From Polyangiales bacterium (lineage in GTDB: Bacteria; Myxococcota_A; Polyangia; Polyangiales; JADJQN01): 64,000 bases of DNA. The position numbers and the translations under genes were made by a program. Each line of letters starts with the position of its first letter. The first letter of the stretch is position 1. Below, piece by piece: positions 1 to 10,959 of this stretch. The notes beneath the pieces were generated by a model. It was not told where the DNA came from, searched no databases, and saw nothing but the letters and a program-made list of their open reading frames with translations. The DNA lies in the NCBI GenBank assembly GCA_964202905.1, contig CAXNJO010000005.1, positions 341,609 to 405,608 on the forward strand, read 5' to 3'.

Positions 1-2744
1 ACGTCCGAAGACATTGTAGTACAGGCGGATGTCGAGTCCCGCGTCAGTTGGCGCAAACCCGAGTGACAGATTCGCGACGTAGGGAGACTGACCGGCCGTG
101 GGGCGCTCGACGCTCGTCGCCTGACCGCGCTGGGCCTCGCTGAGCTGCACCGTGGAGTCGATGATCGACACGTTGCCCCCGATCGAGAAGGTGCGGAGTG
201 CGTCGCTGAGGCGGCCGAGCGAAATCCGCGCCTCCGCCTCGACGCCGAGGTTGCGGGCGCCCTGCACGTTCTGGAAGGTGGTGCTGCCGTTCTCATCGTA
301 GATGACGGACTCGATCGCACCGGCGAACGACTTGTAGAAGCCGGTGACCGCGACGACCTCCGAAGGCGCGGGGAACCACTCCCAGCGCAGATCGAAGTTG
401 TCGATGGTGGCGCGCTGCAGATCGGGATTGCCGGCCACGTTGCGGCGGCGCACGAAGTCGGGATAGACGAAGGGCGCGAGCTCGCGGATCTGCGGGCGCG
501 CCACGGCGCGACCGTAGGCGAGGCGCACGAACATGTCGGTCATCGGCTGGACGACGAGCGACGCGCTCGGCAGCGGGTCGACATCGGTGCGCGCGCGGGA
601 GATCGGCGCGCCGCCGCCGCCCGGCTCGGCGAAGGGCGACTGCGCCTCGACGGTCTGGCGGAAGCCCTCGACGCGCACACCGCCGACGAAACGCAGCCAA
701 TCGACCACCGACCAGTCGACCATGCCGTAGGCGGCGCCGAGGCTCTGGGTCGCGCGGTAGCTGTCCGTCGTCTGGGTGACCTCGACGAGTTGCGTGACGG
801 TGCCGAGATTCTCGCGAGAGAAGAGCAGATCCGGCGGCAGCGCCTGCAGGCTGCGGTCCGCGCCCGAGGTGAGCAGGTGCCGGAATCGGCGCATGTCGAA
901 GTCGCGGTCGCCGACCCGGACGAACGTGCCGAAACGGGTCGTCAGACTGGCGATCGGAATCGTGAGATCGAGCGAGCCGCCGCCATCACGCTGCGCGAGC
1001 GCGTTCGAGAGGCGCTCGCCGCTGCCGCCACCGGGGACCCAGCTCGCACCGCGGGGCTGGAGCTGATAGGCGAGGTCGCGGGTGTCGGGCTCGCTGCGGG
1101 CGCCGAGCGCCCCATTGAGCTGCCACTTCAGGCGGGCGTCGGTGCCGAGGAAGTGTTGGTGATCGCCGAGGAGCTGCCCGAAGAGGAGCGAGCGCTCGAC
1201 CCAGCGCAGGCGGCGCAGGAAGACGTCCGCATCCACGTCCTGCGAATAACCCGTGATGAAGCCCGCGTAGTCGTCGCCGGCCTGGCTCGCGAGGACGGTG
1301 AGCCCGATGGTGTCGTCGTCCGAGGCCTCGAGCGTGACGGCACCGAGCGCGCCGACGAGCGCCGAGGTCTGCGTCGTCTCGCGGGAGAGGCGATTGTCCT
1401 GCAGCACCGGACGACCATCGGAGATCGCGACGCGATTCACCGTCTCGACGAGCCGCTGCACCTCGCGTTGGTAGCCGAGCGAGAGGAAATAGCCGAGTCG
1501 GCCGCCGCCGACCGCGAAGGAATCACCGAGTCCGACACCCAGCTTGAGGTTGGGCATCGCGAGATCGCGCGTGAGCGCCCAGCGCGGGACGAAGCCGCGC
1601 GCGCGGGCATCGACCTCGGCCTGCGTGAATCCACCGCTCGAGGCCGCGAGGCGGCGATCGGCGGGTACCGAGCTGGGGAGTGCGCGGGCGCCGCTCGTCG
1701 ACAGCCGAGGAAATCGGTGCCGCTCCCCGCGCTGCCGAGCACGTCGCGGAAGGTGGTTTGCGAGTTGTAGCCGAGCGAGAGGCTCGTCGTGAGACGGAAC
1801 CGCGACGGGAACTCGCGCGTGGTGAGCAGCAGCGTGCCGCCCGCGGCGTCGCCGGGGATGTCGGGGACGACCGTCTTGTAGATGGTCATCGCCGCGAGCA
1901 CCGACGCTGGGAAGAGATCGAGTTGGACGCCCGGTACGTCCGGGTCGGTGCTCGGGATTTGCGCGCCGTTGAGCAGCACGCTCGTGTAGCGCCCGCCGAG
2001 GCCGCGGACGAAGAGGTATTGGCCGCCGACGACGCTCGCGCCGACGACGCGCCGCGCGGCGTCGCCTGCGTTGCTGTCGGGGCTGCGCGCGATCTCCTGC
2101 GCGCTGATGCCATCGCTCACCGAGCTGCTCTGACGGCGGAGCTCGAGCTGCGTGGCTTCGGTGGCGCGGTCGGCGCGCGCGGTGACGACGACCTCGGCGA
2201 GCGTGTCGGTGTCGGGCTGGAGGTCGATGGAGAGCTCGACCGCCTCGCCGCGACCGACGACGACGTTCGTGAGGCGCGCCGTCTGGTAGAGGTCGTACGT
2301 GACGCGCAGCGCGTAGGTGCCGGGCGGGAGCTCGATTTGGAAGCAGCCGTCGAAGTTCGTAAAGGTGCGGCGGCCGCCGACGACCTGAACAGCACCTTCA
2401 ATGATGGTTTCTTGCGTGGCCCCGTCGCGCACGAGGCCGACGATGCCGCTGCGGCGGATGCGCCGGACGTTGCCGGCGTCGTCCATCATCTCCGCGCACG
2501 CAAAGCCCGTCGCGCTCGCGATTCCATCGCCTTCACCGGGTTCGGCGGCGGCGTCTCCGGCCTCGTCCACGGCGGCTGCGTCACGCGGCGCCGGCGGCGC
2601 GGCGGCGACTTCTAGCGCCTCCTGCGGGGGCGCGGCCGGGGCTGGCGCGGCAGCCTCCTGCGCGTGCGCCGTCCCTGCGAGTGCGAGCCCCGCGAACAAA
2701 CCCACCCCGAGCGCGAGCGCGCGCCCGACGAATCCCTGCTGCAT
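1..2744 (-). CDS. TonB-dependent outer-membrane receptor with N-terminal carboxypeptidase-regulatory-like domain; runs off the window start; frameshifted near 1695-1705
   Basis: Signal peptide MQQGFVGRALAL...AHAQ (ATG 2744) and plug motif VRGLGGRYTSVLLNG...PSTDP. After the shift, a barrel-type sequence read by hand (ARPQIRELAPF, GNPDLQRATIDNFDLRWEWFP, GQSPYVANL) continues to base 1. Confidence 0.9.
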
Positions 2745-2801
2745 CGATGTTCCCCTTCGTCGCTCGGACGATCCGGCTGCGCGCTCCATGGAGCGGCGGG
2801 C

Positions 2802-3245
2802 TCACTGCGTGACGGAAGCGAGCGCGGCTGTCGCGACCGCGATCGTCGTCGCGCCACCACCGCGGGCCTCGTCGAGGGCGGCGACCGCGCGCTCGAAGGG
2901 CGCGTCGTCGGCCGCGTCGAAAAAGATCGTGCGATCGCCCTTCGCCGCGAGGATGCGGCGCAGACGCGGGCGCAGCTCCTCGAGGGCGACCTCGTCGCGG
3001 TTGATGAACACCTTGCCCGCCGCGTCCACGGACACGACGACCGAGCGGTCCTCGGCCGCGGGCGGCGGCGGCGTGTTCTCGTCGGGCTTGAGCGGCAGGA
3101 AGATCCAGAACTGCTTCGAGAGCAGCGGCGTGATCACCATGAAGATGATGAGCAACACGAGCACGACGTCGACGAGCGGCGTGACGTTCATCTCCGGGCG
3201 GGCGCCCTTCTTGCGGCCTTTGCCGCCACCGAGATCCATCGCCAT
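2802..3245 (-). CDS. exbD: ExbD/TolR biopolymer transport protein
   Basis: MNVTPLVDVVLVLLIIFMV motif. Confidence 0.92.
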   Translation of the reverse strand: MAMDLGGGKGRKKGARPEMNVTPLVDVVLVLLIIFMVITPLLSKQFWIFLPLKPDENTPPPPAAEDRSVVVSVDAAGKVFINRDEVALEELRPRLRRILAAKGDRTIFFDAADDAPFERAVAALDEARGGGATTIAVATAALASVTQ

Positions 3246-3263
3246 GGGTTCGCTCCTTCGCGC

Positions 3264-3728
3264 TCAGCGCGCGTCCGCGCGGAGCGGGCTCGCCTGCGCG
3301 CCGCCGCGCTCGTTGACCTGCAGCGAGATGCCGGGAAAACCGATGTCCTGCAGCATCGAGAAGAGCTGCCGCGCGTCGTCGTAGTGCACGCCGCGGTCGG
3401 CGCGCAGCACGATGCGCCGCATCACATCCGTCTCGTGCTCCGCGGTGAGCCGCGCCTCGAGCGCCTCACGCGCGAGCGGCTCCTTGTCGAGGAAGAGCTG
3501 ACCATCGCCTTGGAGCGAGAGCGTCAGCGGATCGACGCGGCCCTTCACCTCCTCGTCGACGTTCAGCACGCTCGGGAGTTCGATGTGGGCGCCGCTCTCC
3601 ATCGCCGGGATGACGACCATGAAGATGATGAGCAGCACGAGCACGACGTCGACGAGCGGCGTGACGTTCATCGCCGGCACGGGGCGCTTGCCCGCGCGCT
3701 TTTCCCGTCGGTTGGGGGACTTCGACAT
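3264..3728 (-). CDS. exbD: ExbD/TolR biopolymer transport protein (second copy)
   Basis: MNVTPLVDVVLVLLIIFMV and LRADRGVHY motifs; start MSKSPN at 3728. Confidence 0.9.
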   Translation of the reverse strand: MSKSPNRREKRAGKRPVPAMNVTPLVDVVLVLLIIFMVVIPAMESGAHIELPSVLNVDEEVKGRVDPLTLSLQGDGQLFLDKEPLAREALEARLTAEHETDVMRRIVLRADRGVHYDDARQLFSMLQDIGFPGISLQVNERGGAQASPLRADAR

Positions 3729-3757
3729 GGCCGGGCTCCGGGGTTCGGCGCGGACGC

Positions 3758-4524
3758 TCAGTTGATGACGTGCGCCGCTCGCGAGGGCGGGCGCGGCCGG
3801 GCGCGAGGGGCCCGCGGGGGAGACGCCCGCCGCCGCGCGCTCGTCGTTGCCGGCCTCGACCGACGTCGAGCGACTCGAGGCGATCGATGAGCTCGCCCGC
3901 CGCGTTCTGGAGCGCCATCTCCTCGTGCGTGATGCGGCCGTTGACCCAGTTGAAGAGGAGCACGGTCGGGATGGCGACGCAGAGGCCGTAACCCGTGACG
4001 ATGAGCGCCTCGCCGATGGCGGCGCCGATCGTGCCGAGGCCGCCCGAACCGTTCGCGGCGATGAGCTTGAAGGCGTTGATGATGCCGAGGACGGTGCCGA
4101 GGAGACCGACGAACGGCGCCGTCGAACCCGTCGAGGCGAGCACGCCCATGCCGCGGGAGAGGTCGGCGGCGATGCGCTCGTTCTTGCGCTCGAGGGCGCG
4201 GCGCGCGAGCTCGAGCGACTTCGCCGGCGAGCCGCCCTTGCCGAGCTTCTCGAAGTACGTGCTGAGCCCCGTGTGAACGAGCGCCGCGAGGTAGCTGCCA
4301 TCGGTCTTCGAGGCGAGGTTCAGGATGGCCTCGTCGTCCCCCGCGGCGGCGAGCGGCGCGGCCTTGGCGCTGAAGGCGCGTGAGCGCGCGCCGTTGCGGA
4401 ACATCGCGACCAGCCGGTCGATCGCCACGCCGAGGCTCCCGACCGCCTGCAGCGTGAGCACGATGACGACCGCCTTGACGGGCAGGCCCATCTTCTCCCA
4501 GAGCTCGAGCAGGTTGATTTCCAT
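3758..4524 (-). CDS. exbB: MotA/TolQ/ExbB proton channel protein; 3' end uncertain (probable frameshifts ~3780-3870)
   Basis: LASTGSTAPFVGLLGTVLGII and IGEALIVTGYGLCVAIP motifs; AGGGA RBS-like sequence before ATG 4524. Confidence 0.88.
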
Positions 4525-4652
4525 CGTGGTTCCCTCTTTCGCCTTCGTGATCAGCGTGGATGCGTGGGTGAAGCGTGGGATTCGAGAATCGGATTCTGCG
4601 GCGCGTGAAGGGGTATTCGCGGGGCGCTTTGACGGCGATGCGAGAGGCCGAG

Positions 4653-5422
4653 TCACTCCACCTGGAAGCGGATGGGCAGGACCTTGAACACGGAGATCGC
4701 CTCGCCATCGGGGAGGCGCGCGGGGTTGAAGCGCCAGCCGCGTACGACGCGCAGCACGGTGTCGTCGAAGAGCGGGTGACCGCGGAGCACCTCGGCGCTG
4801 AGCACGCGGCCGTCCTCGCCGATGCCGAGTTTCACGATCACGGTCGCGCGGATGGCCTGTGAGCGCGCCGCCTCCGGGTACGGCACCGCCTCGTTGGAGG
4901 AGAGCGGCGTCGGGGCGGTGGCGTTTTCGGGCTGCTGGATCGGGCCGCGCGGGCGCTGCGGCGCGGGCGGAGGCGGAGGCGGGGAGGCGGAGGCGCGACG
5001 GCCGCGGGCGCCGAGGGCTCCCCGCCCGCGACGCCGTCGACGGCGCCGTTCAGATCGCCCTCGACGGGCCCGGCCGGCGGCGCATCGACGAGCGCTGCGT
5101 CCGACTCGTCGGGGCGCTCGTTGCGGATCTCGTCGGGCGCGACGAGGTTCGGCGGCGGGGGCGCGCTGCGCGGGGGAGGCGGACGGCGCGGCTCGACCGT
5201 GGGGGGCGGCGGCGGAGGCGGTGGGGGCGGTGGGGGCGGCGGCGGAGGCGCGAACTCCACCTGCGCGAGCTCGTCCTGTCGCACGGCCGCGCGCGTCGCG
5301 GCGGTCGCGGCGACGATCAGGCCCCCGATCAGGCCGTACACGACGATCGCACCGGCCATCGACGCGCCGAAGCGCCGCTTCGCGGTCTTTGCCGAGCCGT
5401 CGTGCTGGTAGTCGTCGAACAC
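4653..5422 (-). CDS. tonB: TonB energy transducer; frameshifted ~4990-5030
   Basis: N-terminal TM segment, poly-Pro linker, C-terminal YPEAARSQ...GRV...WRFNPA domain in another frame; GTG 5422 preceded by GGAGG. Confidence 0.88.
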
Positions 5423-5458
5423 GCGGGCCTCCGCACCCCGTGCATTGGGTGCGAAGCG

Positions 5459-5503
5459 TTGGTACGAGGCGACGGTGACGGTCGCGTGAACGAGGCGTGG
5501 CGT
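5459..5503 (-). promoter_or_regulatory. Putative PhoB/OmpR-type direct-repeat box and -10 element of the tonB operon
   Basis: On the minus strand CCAC, TCAC, TCAC recur at an 11-nt period (5497, 5486, 5475), then 10 nt, then TACCAA (5464-5459). Confidence 0.45.
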
Positions 5504-5583
5504 TTGGCAACAGCGCCGTGGCGATCCGGCGGGCGCGTGCGCTCCCACACCGTCCGCGCAGCACGCCGCGACGCGGTCGAGCC

Positions 5584-5633
5584 CCGCGTGAGCCGGCGAC
5601 GCGCTCAGGCGCCGCGTGAGCCGGCGACGCGCT
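5584..5633. repeat. 22-bp perfect direct repeat at the nei 3' end
   Basis: CCGCGTGAGCCGGCGACGCGCT at 5584-5605 and 5612-5633. Confidence 0.8.
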
Positions 5634-6405
5634 GGCAACGCGCGCAGTAATAGGTCGAGCGGCCCGCCTCGCCCTGCCGCGTCATGCGCACCGCGTCCCC
5701 GCAGCGCCCGCAGGGCTCGCCGCCGCGGCCGTAGACCCACGCGCGCGCCAGCCCGTCGTCCCGCGTGACGCGCGCGTGTCCGTCGAGGTTGCGGCGCATC
5801 AGGTCACGCGCCGCGTCGAGCAGGGCGTCGAGCGCGGCGTCGTCGAGGTCACGCACGAACGCGAAGGGATCGACGCCGACGACGAAGAGCGTCTCGCTCT
5901 TGTAGACGTTGCCGATGCCGCTCACGAGCGACTGGTTCATCAGCGCGACGCCGATCGGCAGCTCGCCCCGCGCGCGCAGGCGCTGACGCGCGGCGTCGCG
6001 GTCGAAGTCGGGCGCGAGCAGGTCCGGGCCGAGCGAACGCGCCGTGGCGTCGCGCGCGAGCCCCCCCGCCGCGAGCAGCGTGACGTCGGGCGCGTGGAAA
6101 CACACGGCGACGTAGGTCGCCGTCGCGAGCACGACGCGGGCGCCGCGCTCGGGGCGCTGCCAGCGCTCACCGGGGCGGTAGACGTGCCAGGCGCCGGTCA
6201 TGCGCTGGTGCGTGACGAGCGTGCGGCCGTCGTCGAAGTGCACGCGCAGGTGCTTGCCGTGCGCGTCGACGCGCGCGACGACGCGACCGACGAGCGACGC
6301 GGCGTCGAGGCCCGGCACGGTGCTCGTCGCCGTGACGAGCGTGCTGCCTGCGAGCGCCCGATCGAGCGTGCGCGCCGTGCGGAGGATCGTGTCGCCCTCG
6401 GGCAC
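5605..6405 (-). CDS. nei: Fpg/Nei family DNA glycosylase (endonuclease VIII-like)
   Basis: N-terminal (M)PEGD catalytic motif, GKHL, H2TH motif GIGNVYKSE, C-terminal CxxC...CxxCQ zinc finger. Confidence 0.93.
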   Translation of the reverse strand: MPEGDTILRTARTLDRALAGSTLVTATSTVPGLDAASLVGRVVARVDAHGKHLRVHFDDGRTLVTHQRMTGAWHVYRPGERWQRPERGARVVLATATYVAVCFHAPDVTLLAAGGLARDATARSLGPDLLAPDFDRDAARQRLRARGELPIGVALMNQSLVSGIGNVYKSETLFVVGVDPFAFVRDLDDAALDALLDAARDLMRRNLDGHARVTRDDGLARAWVYGRGGEPCGRCGDAVRMTRQGEAGRSTYYCARCQRVAGSRGA

Positions 6406-6413
6406 CGTGCACC

Positions 6414-9400
6414 TCAGCGGGGACCGCGCTTGAAGAGGCCGCGCGAGGTCGCGGCGAACCCCGCGGCGGCGAGCGCGCGCCCGAGCGCGCCGTCGAGCGT
6501 GGCAGGCCGACCGTCGATGGTCGCGAGCACGACGGCGCGCTGTGCGCCCGCGTCGACCGGCCCGGCGAGCGCGCCGGCGAGGGCCTCGGCCAGCCGCCCG
6601 CGCGCCGGCTCGTCCTCGGGGAGGAACGCGAGCAGCGCGTCGCCACCGCGGCCGATCCACGCCGCGAGCGACCAGTCGTCCACGAGCACGACGCGCGCGC
6701 CCGCCGCGCGCTGCGGCCGTGCCCCCTGCGCACCCGCCACGCGCTCCGGCCAGCGCAGCGCGGCGCCCCACGGGCTCGCCGGATCGGTCGCCGCGAGCAC
6801 GAGCGTCCGGGGCTCGGGCGAGCCGTCCCGGAGCGCACGCAGCCGATCGTCGGCGCCCGGCTGCGCGAACTGCGTCGCGCCGAGCCCCGCGACGAAGTAG
6901 CCGCGACGCGCGCGCCCTCCCTCTTCGAGCGCCTTCAGCACGGGATACACGGCCGCGAAGCCCTCGGCGTGCCCCTCCGCGAGCACGGCCTCGCGCACGA
7001 CGACGCCGTGCCGCTCGAGCAGCTGCTGCGCGAGCGCGGCGCGGCGCTCGGTGTCGCTCGGACCGACGCCGGGCGCGTCGAGCGCACCGGGCAGGAGCGA
7101 CCAGCGGCCCTCGCTGCCGGGAGGCCCGACGCGGCGGGAGCGGAAGGCGCCCGGCCGCTCGCGCCCGCGACGCGTGTCGCGCGTGCCACCGAGCACCGCG
7201 CGGAGCGGCTGCAGCGTGTCGTTGGTCGCCTCGCCCGCCCACACGAGATCCCAGAGCGCCGCGAGCAGATCGCCCGGAAATGCGGCGGTTTCGCGCAGGA
7301 GATCGGCGAAGAAGAGCGCGCCGCGGCCCGCGAGCAGCGCCCGCACACGCGCCTGCAGCGCACCCGGCGCGGGCACCGGGCGCGGGGCGAGCGTGCGGAG
7401 GTGATCACCGAGGTAGAGCGCGACGCGCCCATCCGCGGGCGCGAGCGGCTCGAGGCCGCGCCACACCACCTCGCCCGCGGCCATGAGCGTGTCGAGCATC
7501 GCCGGCGCGTAGCCCTCGACGCGGGCGGGCAGCACCTCGCGCTCGAGCGCGGAGGCGACGAGCGGCGCGCCCTGGAGCTGCGCGACGACGTCGAGCAGCG
7601 CGTCGAGCCCGCGGCGCGGCTGCACGAGGCCGTGCCGCTCGCAGAGGAGGCGCGCGTAGGCCTCGGGCGCGACGGGTTCGACCGCGCGACGCAGCCGCGC
7701 CAGCGAGCGGCGCTTGATCGCGCGGAGCACCTCGGCGTCGCAGTACTCGCGCCCGCGGCCACCCGGCAGCAGCGCGCCGAACACGACCCGATCCCGCGCG
7801 ACGAGCGCGTCGAGCGCGGCGGCCACCGGGCCCGCGCCGAGGGCGAAGCGCGCCGCGGCCTGCTCCACGGGGAAGGGCCCGCGCCCGCGCGCGAAGCGGG
7901 CGAGCAGCCCCTCGAGGGCCTGCGGCGCGACCTCGAGGAACTCGACGGGCAGGCCGCGCGGCGGCACGACGCCGAGCGCGTCGCGGTAGCGCCCCGCGTC
8001 CTCGGCGGCGATGCAACGCCGCGCGCCGCCGATCGCGATCTCGCACACGCGCCGCTCGCGCACGAGCACGGCGACGGCGTCGTCGAGCGCGAAGCCCGCC
8101 GCGACGCGCGCCGCGAGTTCTTCAAGCGTCAGATCGCCGAGCAGCCGCAACAGATCGTGCACGCCGTCCGCGCTCGCGGGCGGGCGCTCGCGGGCGAGCT
8201 GCTGCAACGCGCGCTCGGTCGCCTCGATCGCCTCCGGGTCGAGCAGCTCGCGCAGCTCGGCCTCGCCGAGCAGCTCGCGGAGCTGCGCGTGATCGACGGC
8301 GAGGGCCTGCGCGCGGCGCTCCGCCAGCGGCGCATCACCATCATACAAGAAGGCACCGACGTACGCGGCGAGGATCGACGAGGCGAACGGGGAGGCGCGC
8401 TGCGAGTCGGCCGCGACGACGCGGATCGCGCGGCCGCGCACGCGGCGCAGCAGCTCGATGAGGCCCGGCAGATCGAAGATGTCGCGCAGCAGCTCGCGGT
8501 ACGTCTCGAGCACGATGGGGAAGGAGGGGTGACGCGCCGTCACCGCGAGCAGGTCCGCGGCGCGCTTGCGCTGCGCCCAGAGCGGCGAGCGCTTGCCGGG
8601 CGCGCGGCGTGGCAGGAGCAGCGCGCGCCCCGCTGCCTCGCGGAAGCGCGCCGCGAACATCGAGGTGCCGCCGAGGAGCCGCACCAGCCGGTCCTCGAGC
8701 TCGTCGGGCTCCGGCAGGAAGGCCTCGACGGGGGGAGGCGTGTCCGACTCGGGCAGGCGGAACACCATGCCGTCGTCCGTCCAGGTCGTCTCGACCTCGA
8801 GGTCGCTCTCACCGCGCAAGGCGGCCTGCACGCACATCGCCCACGGCGCGTGCACGCGGCCCCCGTAGGGCGTCAGCACGCACACGCGCCAGTCGCCGAG
8901 CTCGTCGCGGAAGCGCTCGACGACGATCGTCGCGTCGCTCGGCACCTCGCCCGTCGCGCCGCGCTGCTCGTGGACGTAGGCGACGAGGTTGCGCGCAGCG
9001 GACGCGTCGAGGCCCCACGACGCACTCAGCCACGCCTCGCCTTCCGCGACCGTCGCGCCCGCGATCCGCCGCGTGAGGCGGCCGATCGCCTCGCCGAGCT
9101 CGCGTGAGCGTGCGAGCCCGTCGGCGCGCCAGAACGGCATCTTCCCCGGCTCGCCGGGCGCGGGGCTGACGAGCACGCGGTCGCGCGTGATCGACTCCAC
9201 CCGCCACGACGACGCGCCGAGCACGATGACCTCGCCCTCGCGCGTCTCGAACACCATCTCTTCGTCGAGCTCCCCGACGCGCCGCGAGGTGCGCTCGTCG
9301 CCGCCCGCGAGGAACACGCCGTAGAGCCCGCGGTCGGGGATCGTGCCCGCGTTCAGGATCGCGACGCGCTGCGCCCCCTCGCGCGCGCGGACCGTGCCGG

Positions 9401-10940
9401 CCGTGCGGTCCCAGTGCATGCGCGGCCGCAGCGACGCGAGCTCGTCGGACGGATAGCGCCCCGAGAGCATGTCGAGCACGCCGACGAACGCGCTGCGCGG
9501 CAGCTCCGCGAAGGGGGCCGCGCCGCGCACGAGCGCGAAGAGCGCCTCGACGTCGTACGTTCCGCCGCTGACGATCGCGACGAGCTGCTGCGCGAGCACG
9601 TCGAGCGGGTTGCGCGGATACGACGTCGCCTCGACCGCGCCCTCGCGCATGCCCTGGACGACGGCGGCGCACGCGAGCAGATCGCCGCGGTACTTCGGGA
9701 AGAAGACGCCGCTCGACACGCCGCCGACCTGGTGCGACGCGCGGCCGACGCGCTGCAGACCGGCGGCGACGCTCGGCGGCGCGGAGATCTGCACGACGAG
9801 GTCGACGTCGCCGAGGTCGAGGCCGAGCTCGAGCGAGGAGGTCGCGACGATCGCGGGCAGGCGGCCCGTCTTCAGGCGCTCCTCGATGATCGCGCGCTGC
9901 TCCCGCGCGATCGAGCCGTGGTGCGCGAGCGCGAGCTCTTCGCCGGCCTCCTCGTTGATGGCGGTCGCGAGGCGCTCGGCGAGGCGACGTGCGTTGACGA
10001 AGATCATCGTCGAGCGGTGCGCGCGCACGAGCGCGACGAGGCGCGGATGGATGCTCGGCCAGATGCTGCGGCGCGGGGCGGCCTGCGCCGCCGGGCCGCT
10101 CGGCACGGCCGTCTCGTCGATCGTGCCGAGCAGGGCCATGTCCTCGACGGGCACCTCCACGCGCACGTCGAGCGCGCGGCGGATCCCCGCGTCGAGCACG
10201 GTGACCGGGCGTGCCTGCCAGCGCGCCTCGCCCTGCGCCGGCGCGCCTTCGTCGCGGACGAGCGTGCCGCCCCCGAGCGCGCGCGCGATCTCGTCGAGCG
10301 GGCGCTGCGTGGCCGAGAGACCGACGCGCTGGAGCGGTCGCGCGCCGTCGCGGCGCAGCGCCTCGAGCCGCTCGAGCGAGAGCAGCAGGTGGGCGCCGCG
10401 CTTGGTGCCGACGACCGCGTGGATCTCGTCGACGATGAGCGTGTCGACGTCGCGCAGCGTCTCGCGCGCCTGCGAGGTCAGGAGCAGGTACAGCGACTCC
10501 GGCGTCGTGATGAGGATGTCGGGCGGCGTCGCGCGGAGGCGCGCGCGCTCGGCGGCGGGCGTGTCGCCGGTGCGGATCGCGACGACCGGCGCGTGGTGCG
10601 GGATCCCCGTGCGCGCGGCGACCGCGGCGATCCCGGCGAGGGGCGCGCGGAGGTTGCGCTCGACGTCGACGGCGAGCGCCTTCAGCGGCGACACGTAGAC
10701 GACGCGGCAACGCGCTTCCGGCGCCGGCAGCGGCGCGAACATCACGCGCTCGAGCGCGACGAGGAAGGCGGCGAGCGTCTTGCCCGAGCCCGTCGGCGCG
10801 AGCAGCAGCGACGAGCCCCCCGCGAGGATCGCCGGCCACGCGAGCGTCTGGGCGCGCGTCGGCGCGGGGAAGGCCTCGCCGAACCACGTGCGGACCGCCG
10901 GATGGAAGCCCGCGAGGGGGTCTGGGCCTTGCTCCGCCAT
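6414..10940 (-). CDS. lhr: Full-length Lhr ATP-dependent helicase (~1508 aa)
   Basis: APTGSGKTLAAF, DEIH, SAT, ATSSLELG and QRVGRA motifs; C-terminal RGYFVAGLGATQFA and AATDPASPWG. Confidence 0.95.
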   Translation of the reverse strand: MAEQGPDPLAGFHPAVRTWFGEAFPAPTRAQTLAWPAILAGGSSLLLAPTGSGKTLAAFLVALERVMFAPLPAPEARCRVVYVSPLKALAVDVERNLRAPLAGIAAVAARTGIPHHAPVVAIRTGDTPAAERARLRATPPDILITTPESLYLLLTSQARETLRDVDTLIVDEIHAVVGTKRGAHLLLSLERLEALRRDGARPLQRVGLSATQRPLDEIARALGGGTLVRDEGAPAQGEARWQARPVTVLDAGIRRALDVRVEVPVEDMALLGTIDETAVPSGPAAQAAPRRSIWPSIHPRLVALVRAHRSTMIFVNARRLAERLATAINEEAGEELALAHHGSIAREQRAIIEERLKTGRLPAIVATSSLELGLDLGDVDLVVQISAPPSVAAGLQRVGRASHQVGGVSSGVFFPKYRGDLLACAAVVQGMREGAVEATSYPRNPLDVLAQQLVAIVSGGTYDVEALFALVRGAAPFAELPRSAFVGVLDMLSGRYPSDELASLRPRMHWDRTAGTVRAREGAQRVAILNAGTIPDRGLYGVFLAGGDERTSRRVGELDEEMVFETREGEVIVLGASSWRVESITRDRVLVSPAPGEPGKMPFWRADGLARSRELGEAIGRLTRRIAGATVAEGEAWLSASWGLDASAARNLVAYVHEQRGATGEVPSDATIVVERFRDELGDWRVCVLTPYGGRVHAPWAMCVQAALRGESDLEVETTWTDDGMVFRLPESDTPPPVEAFLPEPDELEDRLVRLLGGTSMFAARFREAAGRALLLPRRAPGKRSPLWAQRKRAADLLAVTARHPSFPIVLETYRELLRDIFDLPGLIELLRRVRGRAIRVVAADSQRASPFASSILAAYVGAFLYDGDAPLAERRAQALAVDHAQLRELLGEAELRELLDPEAIEATERALQQLARERPPASADGVHDLLRLLGDLTLEELAARVAAGFALDDAVAVLVRERRVCEIAIGGARRCIAAEDAGRYRDALGVVPPRGLPVEFLEVAPQALEGLLARFARGRGPFPVEQAAARFALGAGPVAAALDALVARDRVVFGALLPGGRGREYCDAEVLRAIKRRSLARLRRAVEPVAPEAYARLLCERHGLVQPRRGLDALLDVVAQLQGAPLVASALEREVLPARVEGYAPAMLDTLMAAGEVVWRGLEPLAPADGRVALYLGDHLRTLAPRPVPAPGALQARVRALLAGRGALFFADLLRETAAFPGDLLAALWDLVWAGEATNDTLQPLRAVLGGTRDTRRGRERPGAFRSRRVGPPGSEGRWSLLPGALDAPGVGPSDTERRAALAQQLLERHGVVVREAVLAEGHAEGFAAVYPVLKALEEGGRARRGYFVAGLGATQFAQPGADDRLRALRDGSPEPRTLVLAATDPASPWGAALRWPERVAGAQGARPQRAAGARVVLVDDWSLAAWIGRGGDALLAFLPEDEPARGRLAEALAGALAGPVDAGAQRAVVLATIDGRPATLDGALGRALAAAGFAATSRGLFKRGPR

Positions 10941-10959
10941 CGCGGGCCGGAGGCTGGGG

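Noticed and set aside
3264..4656. ExbB-ExbD fusion or long overlap
   Set aside because: Explained by indels at the exbB 3' end; exbD has its own ATG at 3728.
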